NCBI GenBank assembly: GCA_033763905.1
Contig: JANRJP010000083.1
Span: forward strand, 1-48,268
DNA from: Gemmatimonadaceae bacterium
Lineage (GTDB): Bacteria > Gemmatimonadota > Gemmatimonadetes > Gemmatimonadales > Gemmatimonadaceae
Direction of reading: 5' to 3'
DNA: 48,268 nucleotides
Every line of letters starts with the position of its first letter. Within the stretch, counting starts at the first letter, position 1. Shown here piece after piece: positions 1 to 7,407 of the stretch. The translations under genes were made by a program, and so were the position numbers. Below the pieces are notes generated by a model that saw only the letters and a list, made by a program, of their open reading frames with translations, did not search any database and was not told where the DNA came from.

Positions 1-670
1 ACAAGAGGGCGGTCCCCAGCCTCCCGCGGCGCCGCCAGCCGCGCCGCAGGTCACCGTACCCGGCGTCAACGGCGGCGCGCCGGTCGCCGTGGGGCGTGAC
101 GTCAATCAGCTGAAGTCGCAACTCGACATCCTGACGACGGAGCTCAAGAACGTCACCGAGCGCCGGAAGGACATCGCACAGGAGATTCGACGCGCCGACG
201 GCGCGAGCCAAGCGGGTCTGGAGTCGCAGCTGCGCGTGATTGACGAACAGATCATTGCGCTGGAGCGCCAGATCGGCGCGACGACCACGGCGCTGGCCGG
301 GACCGCGCCCGACGAAGCGGTGCAGGCCTTCGAGACGGTGGCGCCGCAAATCGCCGATCGCGCGGTCGAGATCAGCGAGAATTTGATCCCGATCTCCTTC
401 TTCGTCTGCGCGCTGATCGCGCCGGTGATGGTCGCGTGGGCCCGCCGCATCTGGCGCGGCACTGCCTCGCCATCGAACAAGCCCGATACCGAGACCGTAC
501 AGCGCATCGCCCGGATCGAGCAGTCCGTTGACGCGATTGCCCTCGAACTGGAGCGCGTGTCGGAAGGCCAGCGCTTCGTGACGAAGTTGATGAGCGAACA
601 GCGGGGCCTCGGTGCCGGCGCGGCAGCGCCGATCGCCGTACCAGTTGCCGAAGCCGTGGAGCGCCGATGA
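1..670 (+). CDS. Membrane protein, paralog 1 of a tandem triplet (coiled coil + TM + C-terminal EGQRF motif); 5' truncated
   Basis: Frame is open from the window edge (QEGGPQPPAAPPAAPQVTVPGVNGGAPVAV before the GTG at 89) and that segment matches the N-terminus of the next gene. TM segment LIPISFFVCALIAPVMVAWA; tail [30 protein letters not shown]. Confidence 0.85.
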   Translation, partial: QEGGPQPPAAPPAAPQVTVPGVNGGAPVAVGRDVNQLKSQLDILTTELKNVTERRKDIAQEIRRADGASQAGLESQLRVIDEQIIALERQIGATTTALAGTAPDEAVQAFETVAPQIADRAVEISENLIPISFFVCALIAPVMVAWARRIWRGTASPSNKPDTETVQRIARIEQSVDAIALELERVSEGQRFVTKLMSEQRGLGAGAAAPIAVPVAEAVERR

Positions 671-749
671 TGCGGACCCAAACTCCCCCGCCTCCCACCG
701 AGGCGCCACGCGTGCCGCAGGTCTCGGTACCGGGCGTCAACGGCGGCGC
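44..749 (+). repeat. 35-nt direct repeat (44-78 and 715-749) encoding PQV(T/S)VPGVNGGA
   Basis: 32 of 35 positions identical by manual comparison; indicates duplication of paralogs 1 and 2. Confidence 0.85.
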
Positions 750-1344
750 ACCGCAAGCGCTGCCGATGACGGCGGAGCAGATCGCCCGTCTGCGACAGAA
801 GGGTCGCGAGCTGTCGAGTCAACTGGGCTCGGTCAGCCGGCGGCGCGAAGAGGTGCTCGGGAAGCTCAAGGATGCCGACGCCGCCGCGAAGCCCGGACTC
901 GACGCGCGGCTCAAGGTGCTGGACGCCCGCCTCGTCTCGCTCGAGCAGCAGATCGAGGAGAACAGCCGGATGATCGCGAACGCCCCGCTCGAGGTCGAGC
1001 AAGCCGCCGAGGAAGTCTCGAAGGTTGGCCCATTCGGCATTCGGCAGGAGGTCTACGGCATTGGGACGGTCGGCGCCTGCTTGCTCCTCGCGCCGATTGC
1101 TTTGGCGTACGCGCGAATGCTGTGGCGCCGCGGCACCAACCCACGGCCGCCGAAGGACGCGGCCGCCGAAGCGCGCGCGGTCCGGATGGAGCAGGCGATC
1201 GACGCAATGTCGATCGAGCTCGAGCGCATCTCCGAAGGCCAGCGCTTCGTCACCAAGCTGATGTCGGAGCGGGCGCTCGGCGCCGGCCAGGCGCCGATGG
1301 AACCGATCGTGCAGCGCGACGCCGTCGCGCAGGAGCGGACGTGA
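667..1344 (+). CDS. Membrane protein, paralog 2 (Pro-rich N-terminus, coiled coil, TM, EGQRF motif)
   Basis: ATGA overlap with the upstream stop; 225 aa; tail [27 protein letters not shown]. Confidence 0.88.
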   Translation: MMRTQTPPPPTEAPRVPQVSVPGVNGGAPQALPMTAEQIARLRQKGRELSSQLGSVSRRREEVLGKLKDADAAAKPGLDARLKVLDARLVSLEQQIEENSRMIANAPLEVEQAAEEVSKVGPFGIRQEVYGIGTVGACLLLAPIALAYARMLWRRGTNPRPPKDAAAEARAVRMEQAIDAMSIELERISEGQRFVTKLMSERALGAGQAPMEPIVQRDAVAQERT

Positions 1345-1640
1345 CCGAAGACATCGTCGCCATCGTCGGGACGTTCTCCACGGCGATCATCCTCGGGCTC
1401 GGCATTCCGATCATCCGCTCGTACAACCGACGCAAGGAACTCGAGCTCACGGCGCGGCCGGCCCCGCTGACCGACGATCGCATTGCCCGGATCGAACAGG
1501 CGGTGGATGCGATGGCACTTGAACTCGAGCGCATCTCCGAGGGGCAGCGCTTCGTGACCAAGCTCTTGGCGGAGCAGCAGTCGGTCGCGCAGCCGATGCA
1601 GTTGCCCGTCGGCGAGCGCCTCCCCGACACCAGGTCCTAG
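1341..1640 (+). CDS. Small membrane protein, paralog 3 (N-terminal TM + EGQRF motif), 99 aa
   Basis: GTG at 1341 overlaps the upstream TGA; AGGAG at 1331-1335; [23 protein letters not shown]; tail [30 protein letters not shown]. Confidence 0.88.
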   Translation: MTEDIVAIVGTFSTAIILGLGIPIIRSYNRRKELELTARPAPLTDDRIARIEQAVDAMALELERISEGQRFVTKLLAEQQSVAQPMQLPVGERLPDTRS

Positions 1641-1645
1641 TCTCC

Positions 1646-3028
1646 GTGCCTTCCGTCCTGATCGTCGACGACGAGCCGAACCTGCGACGGATGGTTGGCG
1701 CGCTGCTCGGTGCCGAGGGCTACGAGGTACGCGAAGCCGATAGTGGCGCGGCGGGTGTGTCGGCGGTGCGTGAGCTCGACCCGGACGTGGTGCTGCTCGA
1801 CCTGATGATGCCCGGCGCGCTGGACGGCCTCGCGACACTCGAGCAGTTGCGCGCGGACGGTCCGGACCTGCCGGTCGTGATGATGAGTGGCCGCGCCGGG
1901 CTCGCCGATGCCGTGCGCGCCGCGAAGCTCGGCGCGGTGAACTTCCTCGAGAAGCCATTGGCACCCGAAAGCGTGTTGGTGGCCGTGCAAAGCGCCGTGG
2001 AGCTGCGTCAGGCGCGTCGCGAGACGGCGCAGCTCCGCGCCGACGCTGGCCTCGCCGCCGATCTGGTGGGCGAGAGCGAAGCGATGCGGCGGGTTCGCGC
2101 CGAGATCGCGCGCGTGGCGCCCACCGATGCACGCGTGCTGATCACGGGCGAATCGGGCACGGGCAAGGAACTCGCAGCGGCGGCACTGCACGCGGCCGGG
2201 CCGCGGCGCGCAAAGACGCTGGTGCGGGTCAATTGCGCAGCGATTCCACGCGATCTGGTGGAGAGCGAGATGTTCGGCCACGAGAAGGGATCCTTCACCG
2301 GGGCAACCGACCGCCGCATTGGCAAGTTCGAGTTGGCGCACGGCGGGACCCTCTTTCTCGACGAAGTCGGCGATCTCGGGCTCGAGGCGCAAGCCAAGCT
2401 GTTGCGCGCGATCGAAGCGCGAGAGGTCGAACGCGTGGGCGGGTCGAAACCCATTCCGGTCGACGTGCGCATCATCGCCGCCACCAACAAGGACTTGGCG
2501 ACGGCCGTGGCGGACGGATCGTTCCGCGAAGACCTGTTCTTCCGTCTCAACGTCATCCCGCTGTCGATGCCTCCCCTGCGCGATCGGCCGGATGACATTC
2601 CGGCGCTCGTGCGCCATCACGGCGACCGGTACCGCTATCGCACCGGCCGTGCCGCCCCGCGCCTCCGGCCCGACGCCTTGGCCGCGCTGACGGCGCACCG
2701 GTGGCCGGGCAACGTGCGGGAGCTCGCGAACATCGTCGAGCGATTGGCGATCGTGCACGGCGACGGCGAGGTCGGTGCCGCCGACGTCTTGTCGGTGCTC
2801 ACGCCAGCCACTCGGCCGCGCGCGAACACGCCGGCGGACGGAGCGGACGCGTTGCCCGACCAGCCGCTGTCCGATGCGCTCGACGCATACGAGCGGCGGC
2901 TGATCACGGCCGCGTTGTCGTCGGCCGACGGCAACATCGCGGAGGCCGCCCGCCGCCTGCAAACCGATCGCCCGAATCTCTACCGCCGAATGCGGCGGCT
3001 CGGCCTGTATACGAATGGCGAGGCATAA
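1646..3028 (+). CDS. Sigma54-dependent response regulator (NtrC/AtoC type: receiver, AAA+, Fis HTH)
   Basis: Receiver VDDE...LLDLMMP...KP; Walker [24 protein letters not shown]; Walker [40 protein letters not shown]. Confidence 0.97.
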   Translation: MPSVLIVDDEPNLRRMVGALLGAEGYEVREADSGAAGVSAVRELDPDVVLLDLMMPGALDGLATLEQLRADGPDLPVVMMSGRAGLADAVRAAKLGAVNFLEKPLAPESVLVAVQSAVELRQARRETAQLRADAGLAADLVGESEAMRRVRAEIARVAPTDARVLITGESGTGKELAAAALHAAGPRRAKTLVRVNCAAIPRDLVESEMFGHEKGSFTGATDRRIGKFELAHGGTLFLDEVGDLGLEAQAKLLRAIEAREVERVGGSKPIPVDVRIIAATNKDLATAVADGSFREDLFFRLNVIPLSMPPLRDRPDDIPALVRHHGDRYRYRTGRAAPRLRPDALAALTAHRWPGNVRELANIVERLAIVHGDGEVGAADVLSVLTPATRPRANTPADGADALPDQPLSDALDAYERRLITAALSSADGNIAEAARRLQTDRPNLYRRMRRLGLYTNGEA

Positions 3029-3142
3029 CGTCGCAGAGGGACACACCGGAACGTGTCATCCGCGGGAGCTGGCGCGTCGGCAGCGTATCGCAGGGCTGCG
3101 GCAAGTCGTGCTTTCACATCGACTTGTGATGAACCGACGGCG

Positions 3143-3159
3143 ACGGCACGCCCTCTGCT
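3143..3159 (+). promoter_or_regulatory. Putative sigma54 (-24/-12) promoter
   Basis: ACGGCACGCCCTCTGCT: GG at 3145-3146 and GC at 3157-3158 separated by exactly 10 nt, close to consensus TGGCACG-N4-TTGCW. Confidence 0.6.
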
Positions 3160-3190
3160 CCGGCAGCGGACGTCCGCTTACGATGGAGTG

Positions 3191-4990
3191 ATGATGCTGT
3201 CTCGTCTTCGACCGATGCTCGTGGTGGCGCTCGCCACCCCCGTGATCTTGCAGGCGCAGGTGCCAGACGACGCGTCGTCGCGGCGCGTGCGCTCCCGGGA
3301 TGCCCAGCGCCAAGTGGACCGCGCCCTGCGTGCGCCCGGGGTCTCGCGACACACCGGGGCGATGACGGTGGGACCGCGGGATCGTGTGTCGGGCCCCTTG
3401 GTCGTCGAGCAGGGACCACTCACGATCGCCGGCCGCGTTGATGGGGACGTCACGGCGGTCGATGCCGATGTGGCACTGCTGCCCGGTGCGGTCATCGAGG
3501 GAGACCTGCTGGTGGTCGGCGGCGGCGTCACCGGCCGTGATTCGGCGGTGGTGCGCGGTGACATCACCGTGTACCAGGGATCGGGCCGTTCGTTCACGCG
3601 GTACGTCTACTCCACGCCCCGACCGATGCGCCCACGGAACATCGGGGCCTCGGATCGCCAGGACGACGCCGAAGACGCGTGGGTGGCCAAGTGGCGCGAG
3701 CGCGAGTGGAGCCAGAGTCGCATCCGCCTGACGATGGCGCGGACGTACAATCGCGTGGAAGGATGGCCGGTGGTGGCCGGGCCGATCTATCGCACCGATT
3801 TCGGCTGGGGCCGCGCGGCGGTGGACCTGTTCGGCATTTTCCGCACGGCGCAGGGCACGGAGTGGAACACCAACACCGTCGGGCATCGCGCGCGCGCTGA
3901 ACTGCGGCTCGGACGCAACTTCGGCCTCACGGTTGGTGGTCGCGCGTACGACATCGTCGACGCCGTCGAACCCTGGCAGTTGAGCGACGGCGAAAACGGG
4001 CTGGCCGCGTTCTTCCTCAAGAAGGACCTGCGCGACTGGTACAATCGCCACGGGGGTCAGGGCTACGCACGGCTCTTCGCCTTCAACGGCGCGGTGACGC
4101 TCGGGGCGACCTACGGGCAGGAGCGGTGGACATCGCGCGATATCCACAACGTGTTTGCGTTGTTCAATCGGGCCACGCCGTGGCGGGCGAACCCACTGAT
4201 GGATGAAGGCCTGCTGCATCTCGCGACCGCGCAGTGGATCCTGGACACGCGCAACGACCGCGACGACCCGACCTCCGGCTGGTTCATCGCGGCCGACTAC
4301 GAACGCGGGCGCGGGACGCTGTCGCAGGCCCCCACGTCGGCGGGAGTTCGTCCGCTGTCGGCATCGCCAGCGCCGGTGCAGTATGGCCGCGGCTTCATCG
4401 ACGCGCGGCGCTACAACCGACTGGCGCCCGATGCCGAACTGCGCCTGCGGGTCGTTGCTGGCGGCTGGGTCGATGGCGACCCGCTGCCGTTGCAGCGACG
4501 GTTCTCGTTGTCGGGACCAGCGGCCTTGCCGGGCTTTGCGTTCCGGAGCCCGACGTCAGCGGCGGCGCTCGAGTGCGGCGGCGGCATTCCGGGGCTCCCC
4601 GCGCAGTGTGACCGGATGGCCCTCGCGCAGATCGAGTACCGCGGGTCGTTGCACATCGATGTCTTCGACTGGCTCGGTGACGCCACCGACATCCCGCGCG
4701 CCCGCGTCGGGCCGCGGGACGGCCTGCGGCATCGCGGCTGGTCGTCGAAGACCCGCGGCTCCTTCGTGCTGTTCGCCGACGCTGGCCGCGGCTGGCTCGT
4801 CGGCACCACGAACACGGCGGACGCGCGGTTCGTCCCCAAGTCGGAGTTGCCACGCCTCTCGACCTTCCGGACGGACGCGGGCGTCGGCTTGGAACTCGGC
4901 GTGCTGGGCCTCTACGTCGCGAAGGCGATGGACGCGCCAAGCAAGGACGAACCTGCGGTTTTCTTCGTGCGCGTCAACCGCCGGTTCTGA
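3191..4990 (+). CDS. Outer-membrane beta-barrel protein (Omp85/BamA-TamA-like C-terminus) with an N-terminal beta-helix/bactofilin-like segment
   Basis: Signal peptide-like N-terminus; repeats G.V.GDV...GAVIEGDLLVVGG...VRGDI; DTRNDRDDPTSGW, RFSLSG..ALPGF, LFADAGRGW, DAGVGL; ends in F. Confidence 0.8.
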   Translation: MMLSRLRPMLVVALATPVILQAQVPDDASSRRVRSRDAQRQVDRALRAPGVSRHTGAMTVGPRDRVSGPLVVEQGPLTIAGRVDGDVTAVDADVALLPGAVIEGDLLVVGGGVTGRDSAVVRGDITVYQGSGRSFTRYVYSTPRPMRPRNIGASDRQDDAEDAWVAKWREREWSQSRIRLTMARTYNRVEGWPVVAGPIYRTDFGWGRAAVDLFGIFRTAQGTEWNTNTVGHRARAELRLGRNFGLTVGGRAYDIVDAVEPWQLSDGENGLAAFFLKKDLRDWYNRHGGQGYARLFAFNGAVTLGATYGQERWTSRDIHNVFALFNRATPWRANPLMDEGLLHLATAQWILDTRNDRDDPTSGWFIAADYERGRGTLSQAPTSAGVRPLSASPAPVQYGRGFIDARRYNRLAPDAELRLRVVAGGWVDGDPLPLQRRFSLSGPAALPGFAFRSPTSAAALECGGGIPGLPAQCDRMALAQIEYRGSLHIDVFDWLGDATDIPRARVGPRDGLRHRGWSSKTRGSFVLFADAGRGWLVGTTNTADARFVPKSELPRLSTFRTDAGVGLELGVLGLYVAKAMDAPSKDEPAVFFVRVNRRF

Positions 4991-4994
4991 CCGC

Positions 4995-5666
4995 GTGACC
5001 GGTCGGCAGCGCCTGCGACAGCTGGCGGCGATGCTCCTGCTGGGCATCGCCGCCGTCGCGCGTCCGGTGGCAGCACAGAGCGGACCGTCGCCGAGTGATC
5101 CGGCGATCGACATCGTGGTGCCGACCTCGACCAGCGAAGGCGGCCCGCTCGTTCGCGCCAACAACTTCCTGATCGCCGATGCGGAGTTCGAAGACCTGCT
5201 GCGCAACGGCTTCCCGGCGCGACTGTCTTGGCGCGTGGAGCTGTGGTCCGCCGGCACCGTGGTGAACGAATTCGAGGGCGGTGCCGCCTGGGAAGTGCTG
5301 CTGCGCTTCGATCCCGTGCCGAAGGAATGGGTGGTCACGCGCATCGACCGCGATCGGGGCCGACTCATTGGGCGCTTCGACCGCTACAGCGACGCAGCGC
5401 GCGTCGCGCTGGACGCCGGCCGCGTGCCCGTCCCCGCGACCAAACCGCGTCGCCACTACTACCTCGCGCGACTCACCGTGGAGGTCCTGAGTGTCAGCGA
5501 CCTCACCGAAGCGGAACGCTGGTTGCGCGGCGAGCTGTCGCCCGCCGTGCAAGGGAAGCGCAATCCCGGCTCGGCCATTGGCGGCTTCTTTCGCGCGGTC
5601 GCGATGCGGCTGCTGGGCTCGAAGCGACAGACGATCGAAGGGCGCAGCCCCACGTTCGTGCCCTGA
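4995..5666 (+). CDS. Exported hypothetical protein (DUF4390-like)
   Basis: GTG 4 nt after the barrel stop; signal peptide ending AAQ; LLRNGFPARLSWRVELW and LRFDP resemble DUF4390. Confidence 0.65.
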   Translation: MTGRQRLRQLAAMLLLGIAAVARPVAAQSGPSPSDPAIDIVVPTSTSEGGPLVRANNFLIADAEFEDLLRNGFPARLSWRVELWSAGTVVNEFEGGAAWEVLLRFDPVPKEWVVTRIDRDRGRLIGRFDRYSDAARVALDAGRVPVPATKPRRHYYLARLTVEVLSVSDLTEAERWLRGELSPAVQGKRNPGSAIGGFFRAVAMRLLGSKRQTIEGRSPTFVP

Positions 5667-5672
5667 GGACCG

Positions 5673-6263
5673 CTACTCGGCGACTTCGTGGTGCCGCGCG
5701 CGGAGCTCCAGCTCCTGGATGTGGCGCAGCGTCTCGGCGCCGTAAAAGACGCGGATGTACTTGGCCTGCTGCGGGGTCAGCCGACGCACAGCCCACGACA
5801 AATGCACGAAGTGCGGCTCCACCGGCACCGTCATCGGATGCATCCCGATCTCGTCGGGCATCCGATTCGCCTTGCGCGTGTTGCAGGGGCTGCACGCCGT
5901 GACGACGTTGTTCCACTCGTTGAGACCGCCGCGCGAGATCGGAATCAAGTGATCGCGGGTGAGCGACTCGCGGGTCTTGAGCTCGTGCTGGAAGCGGCCG
6001 CAGTACTGGCACCGGTAGCGGTCGCGCGCGAACAGGAAGATGTTCGTGACCTGCCGCCGGAAGCGCCGCGGCACGTGCACGAAGCGCGTGAGGCGAATGA
6101 CCAGCGGTCGCGGCAGGTTGAGACTCGCCGAGCGCACCGCGCGACCGTCGGCTGCCTCGACCAGTTCCGCCTTGCCGTCAATCAGCAGGCGGACCGCTCG
6201 CCGCATCGGGACCATCGTGATCGGTTCGAACGATGCGTTCAGGGCAAGGCAGCCGTTGGTCAC
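5673..6263 (-). CDS. HNH endonuclease (McrA/COG1403-like)
   Basis: RDRYRCQYCG, TRDHLIPISRGG, NVVTACSPCNTRK; strong SD GGAGGAG at 6275-6269. Confidence 0.93.
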   Translation of the reverse strand: MTNGCLALNASFEPITMVPMRRAVRLLIDGKAELVEAADGRAVRSASLNLPRPLVIRLTRFVHVPRRFRRQVTNIFLFARDRYRCQYCGRFQHELKTRESLTRDHLIPISRGGLNEWNNVVTACSPCNTRKANRMPDEIGMHPMTVPVEPHFVHLSWAVRRLTPQQAKYIRVFYGAETLRHIQELELRARHHEVAE

Positions 6264-6279
6264 GCGAACTCCTCCCGGT

Positions 6280-6319
6280 GAAAGCGAAAACTCCCGCCGG
6301 CCAGATGCCGACGGGAGTT
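6280..6319 (-). terminator. Intrinsic terminator immediately upstream of the HNH gene RBS
   Basis: 13-bp stem 6289-6301/6307-6319 whose only mismatch on + (C6297/A6311) is a G-U pair on the minus strand; 3' end reads UUUUCGCUUUC on minus. Confidence 0.8.
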
Positions 6320-6420
6320 GACAGCGACGAACGAGCGGAACGTGCTGCGACGAGTGACCCTGACCCGGGGACTCCGGGGGTGCGCGTGCCTCGTCGCACC
6401 ACTACTGGGTAGGGTGCAGG
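6320..6420 (-). ncRNA. Candidate structured cis-regulatory RNA (unassigned family)
   Basis: Stems 6346-6354/6390-6398 and 6364-6368/6374-6378, with competing pairings 6324-6330/6391-6397 and 6396-6405/6409-6417. Confidence 0.4.
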
Positions 6421-6441
6421 TGTGCGCGACGCGATGGCCGC

Positions 6442-7380
6442 TCACGCGGTCACCGCCGAGGGGACGGGCGTCAGCCAGCCGTGCACGTCATCGACGGTGC
6501 CGGTGCAGATGCCCAGATAGCGTTCCTGAATGGCCCGCGTGATGTCGCCGGGCTTGCCGCTGCCGACCGCGATGTGATCGACGCTGCGGATTGGCGTGAG
6601 CTCGGCCGCGGTCCCGGTGAAGAAGAGCTCGTCGGCCATATAAAGCAGTTCACGCGGCATCTGCATTTCCTTGACGGGAATGCCCAGATCACGCGCGATC
6701 GTCATCACCGAGTCGCGCGTGATGCCGTTGAGAATGGCCGACGACACCTGCGGCGTGTACAGCGTCCCGTCGCGGACAAGGAAGAGATTCTGGCCCGAGC
6801 CCTCGCCGACGTAGCCAAAGCTGTCGAGCATAATCCCTTCGGCATACCCCTCGAGCTTCGCCTCCATCTTGGCGAGCTGCGAATTCAGGTAGTTGCCGCC
6901 CGCCTTGGCCAGGGACGGAAACGTGTCAGGCGCCGCGCGACGCCAGCTCGACACGCCGACGTCCACGCCATCCTTGAGCGCCGATTGGCCGAGGTAGGTG
7001 CCCCACTTCCACGCGATGATGAACGTCTCGATCGGCGTACCGGCAGGATCGATGCCCATCTGTTCGCCCGATCGCAGCACCAACGGGCGCAGATAGCAGG
7101 CCTTCAGGTCGTTCGCGGCGACGGTTTCCACCGAGGCCCGCGACAGTGCCTCGACCGAATACGGCAACGCCATCCGGTAGATCCGCGCCGAGTCGTGCAG
7201 GCGGCGCATATGGTCCTGCAGGCGGAAGATCGCGCCGCCTTGCGGGGTCTCGTAGCACCGGATGCCCTCGAAGACCGAGGAGCCGTAGTGCACGGCGTGA
7301 CTCATCACGTGCAGCGTGGCGTCACCCCAATCCACGAGCACACCGTCGCGCCAGATCTTTTGCGTGCGGCCGTCCGCCAT
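6442..7380 (-). CDS. ilvE: Branched-chain amino acid aminotransferase
   Basis: HYGSSVFEGIR, AKAGGNY (PLP lysine), EGSGQNLF, ILNGITR, GTAAE; SD GGAGG. Confidence 0.96.
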   Translation of the reverse strand: MADGRTQKIWRDGVLVDWGDATLHVMSHAVHYGSSVFEGIRCYETPQGGAIFRLQDHMRRLHDSARIYRMALPYSVEALSRASVETVAANDLKACYLRPLVLRSGEQMGIDPAGTPIETFIIAWKWGTYLGQSALKDGVDVGVSSWRRAAPDTFPSLAKAGGNYLNSQLAKMEAKLEGYAEGIMLDSFGYVGEGSGQNLFLVRDGTLYTPQVSSAILNGITRDSVMTIARDLGIPVKEMQMPRELLYMADELFFTGTAAELTPIRSVDHIAVGSGKPGDITRAIQERYLGICTGTVDDVHGWLTPVPSAVTA

Positions 7381-7407
7381 TCTGAATCCTCCGGGTGACT
7401 CCGAATG

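Noticed and set aside
541..1566. Three similar ~50-nt DNA segments as a non-coding repeat family
   Set aside because: They are the coding sequence of the shared [14 protein letters not shown] motif, with mostly synonymous differences.
5673..6441. HNH plus upstream RNA as an IscB/HEARO or Cas9-like system
   Set aside because: The protein is 196 aa with no RuvC motifs or PLMP N-terminus, and I saw no repeat array or transposon ends.
6280..6441. Leader as tRNA, SRP RNA, 6S RNA or T-box
   Set aside because: No cloverleaf or TTCGA T-loop, no SRP GGAA/AGCAG loop, no clear 6S closing stem, no T-box UGGNACC sequence.
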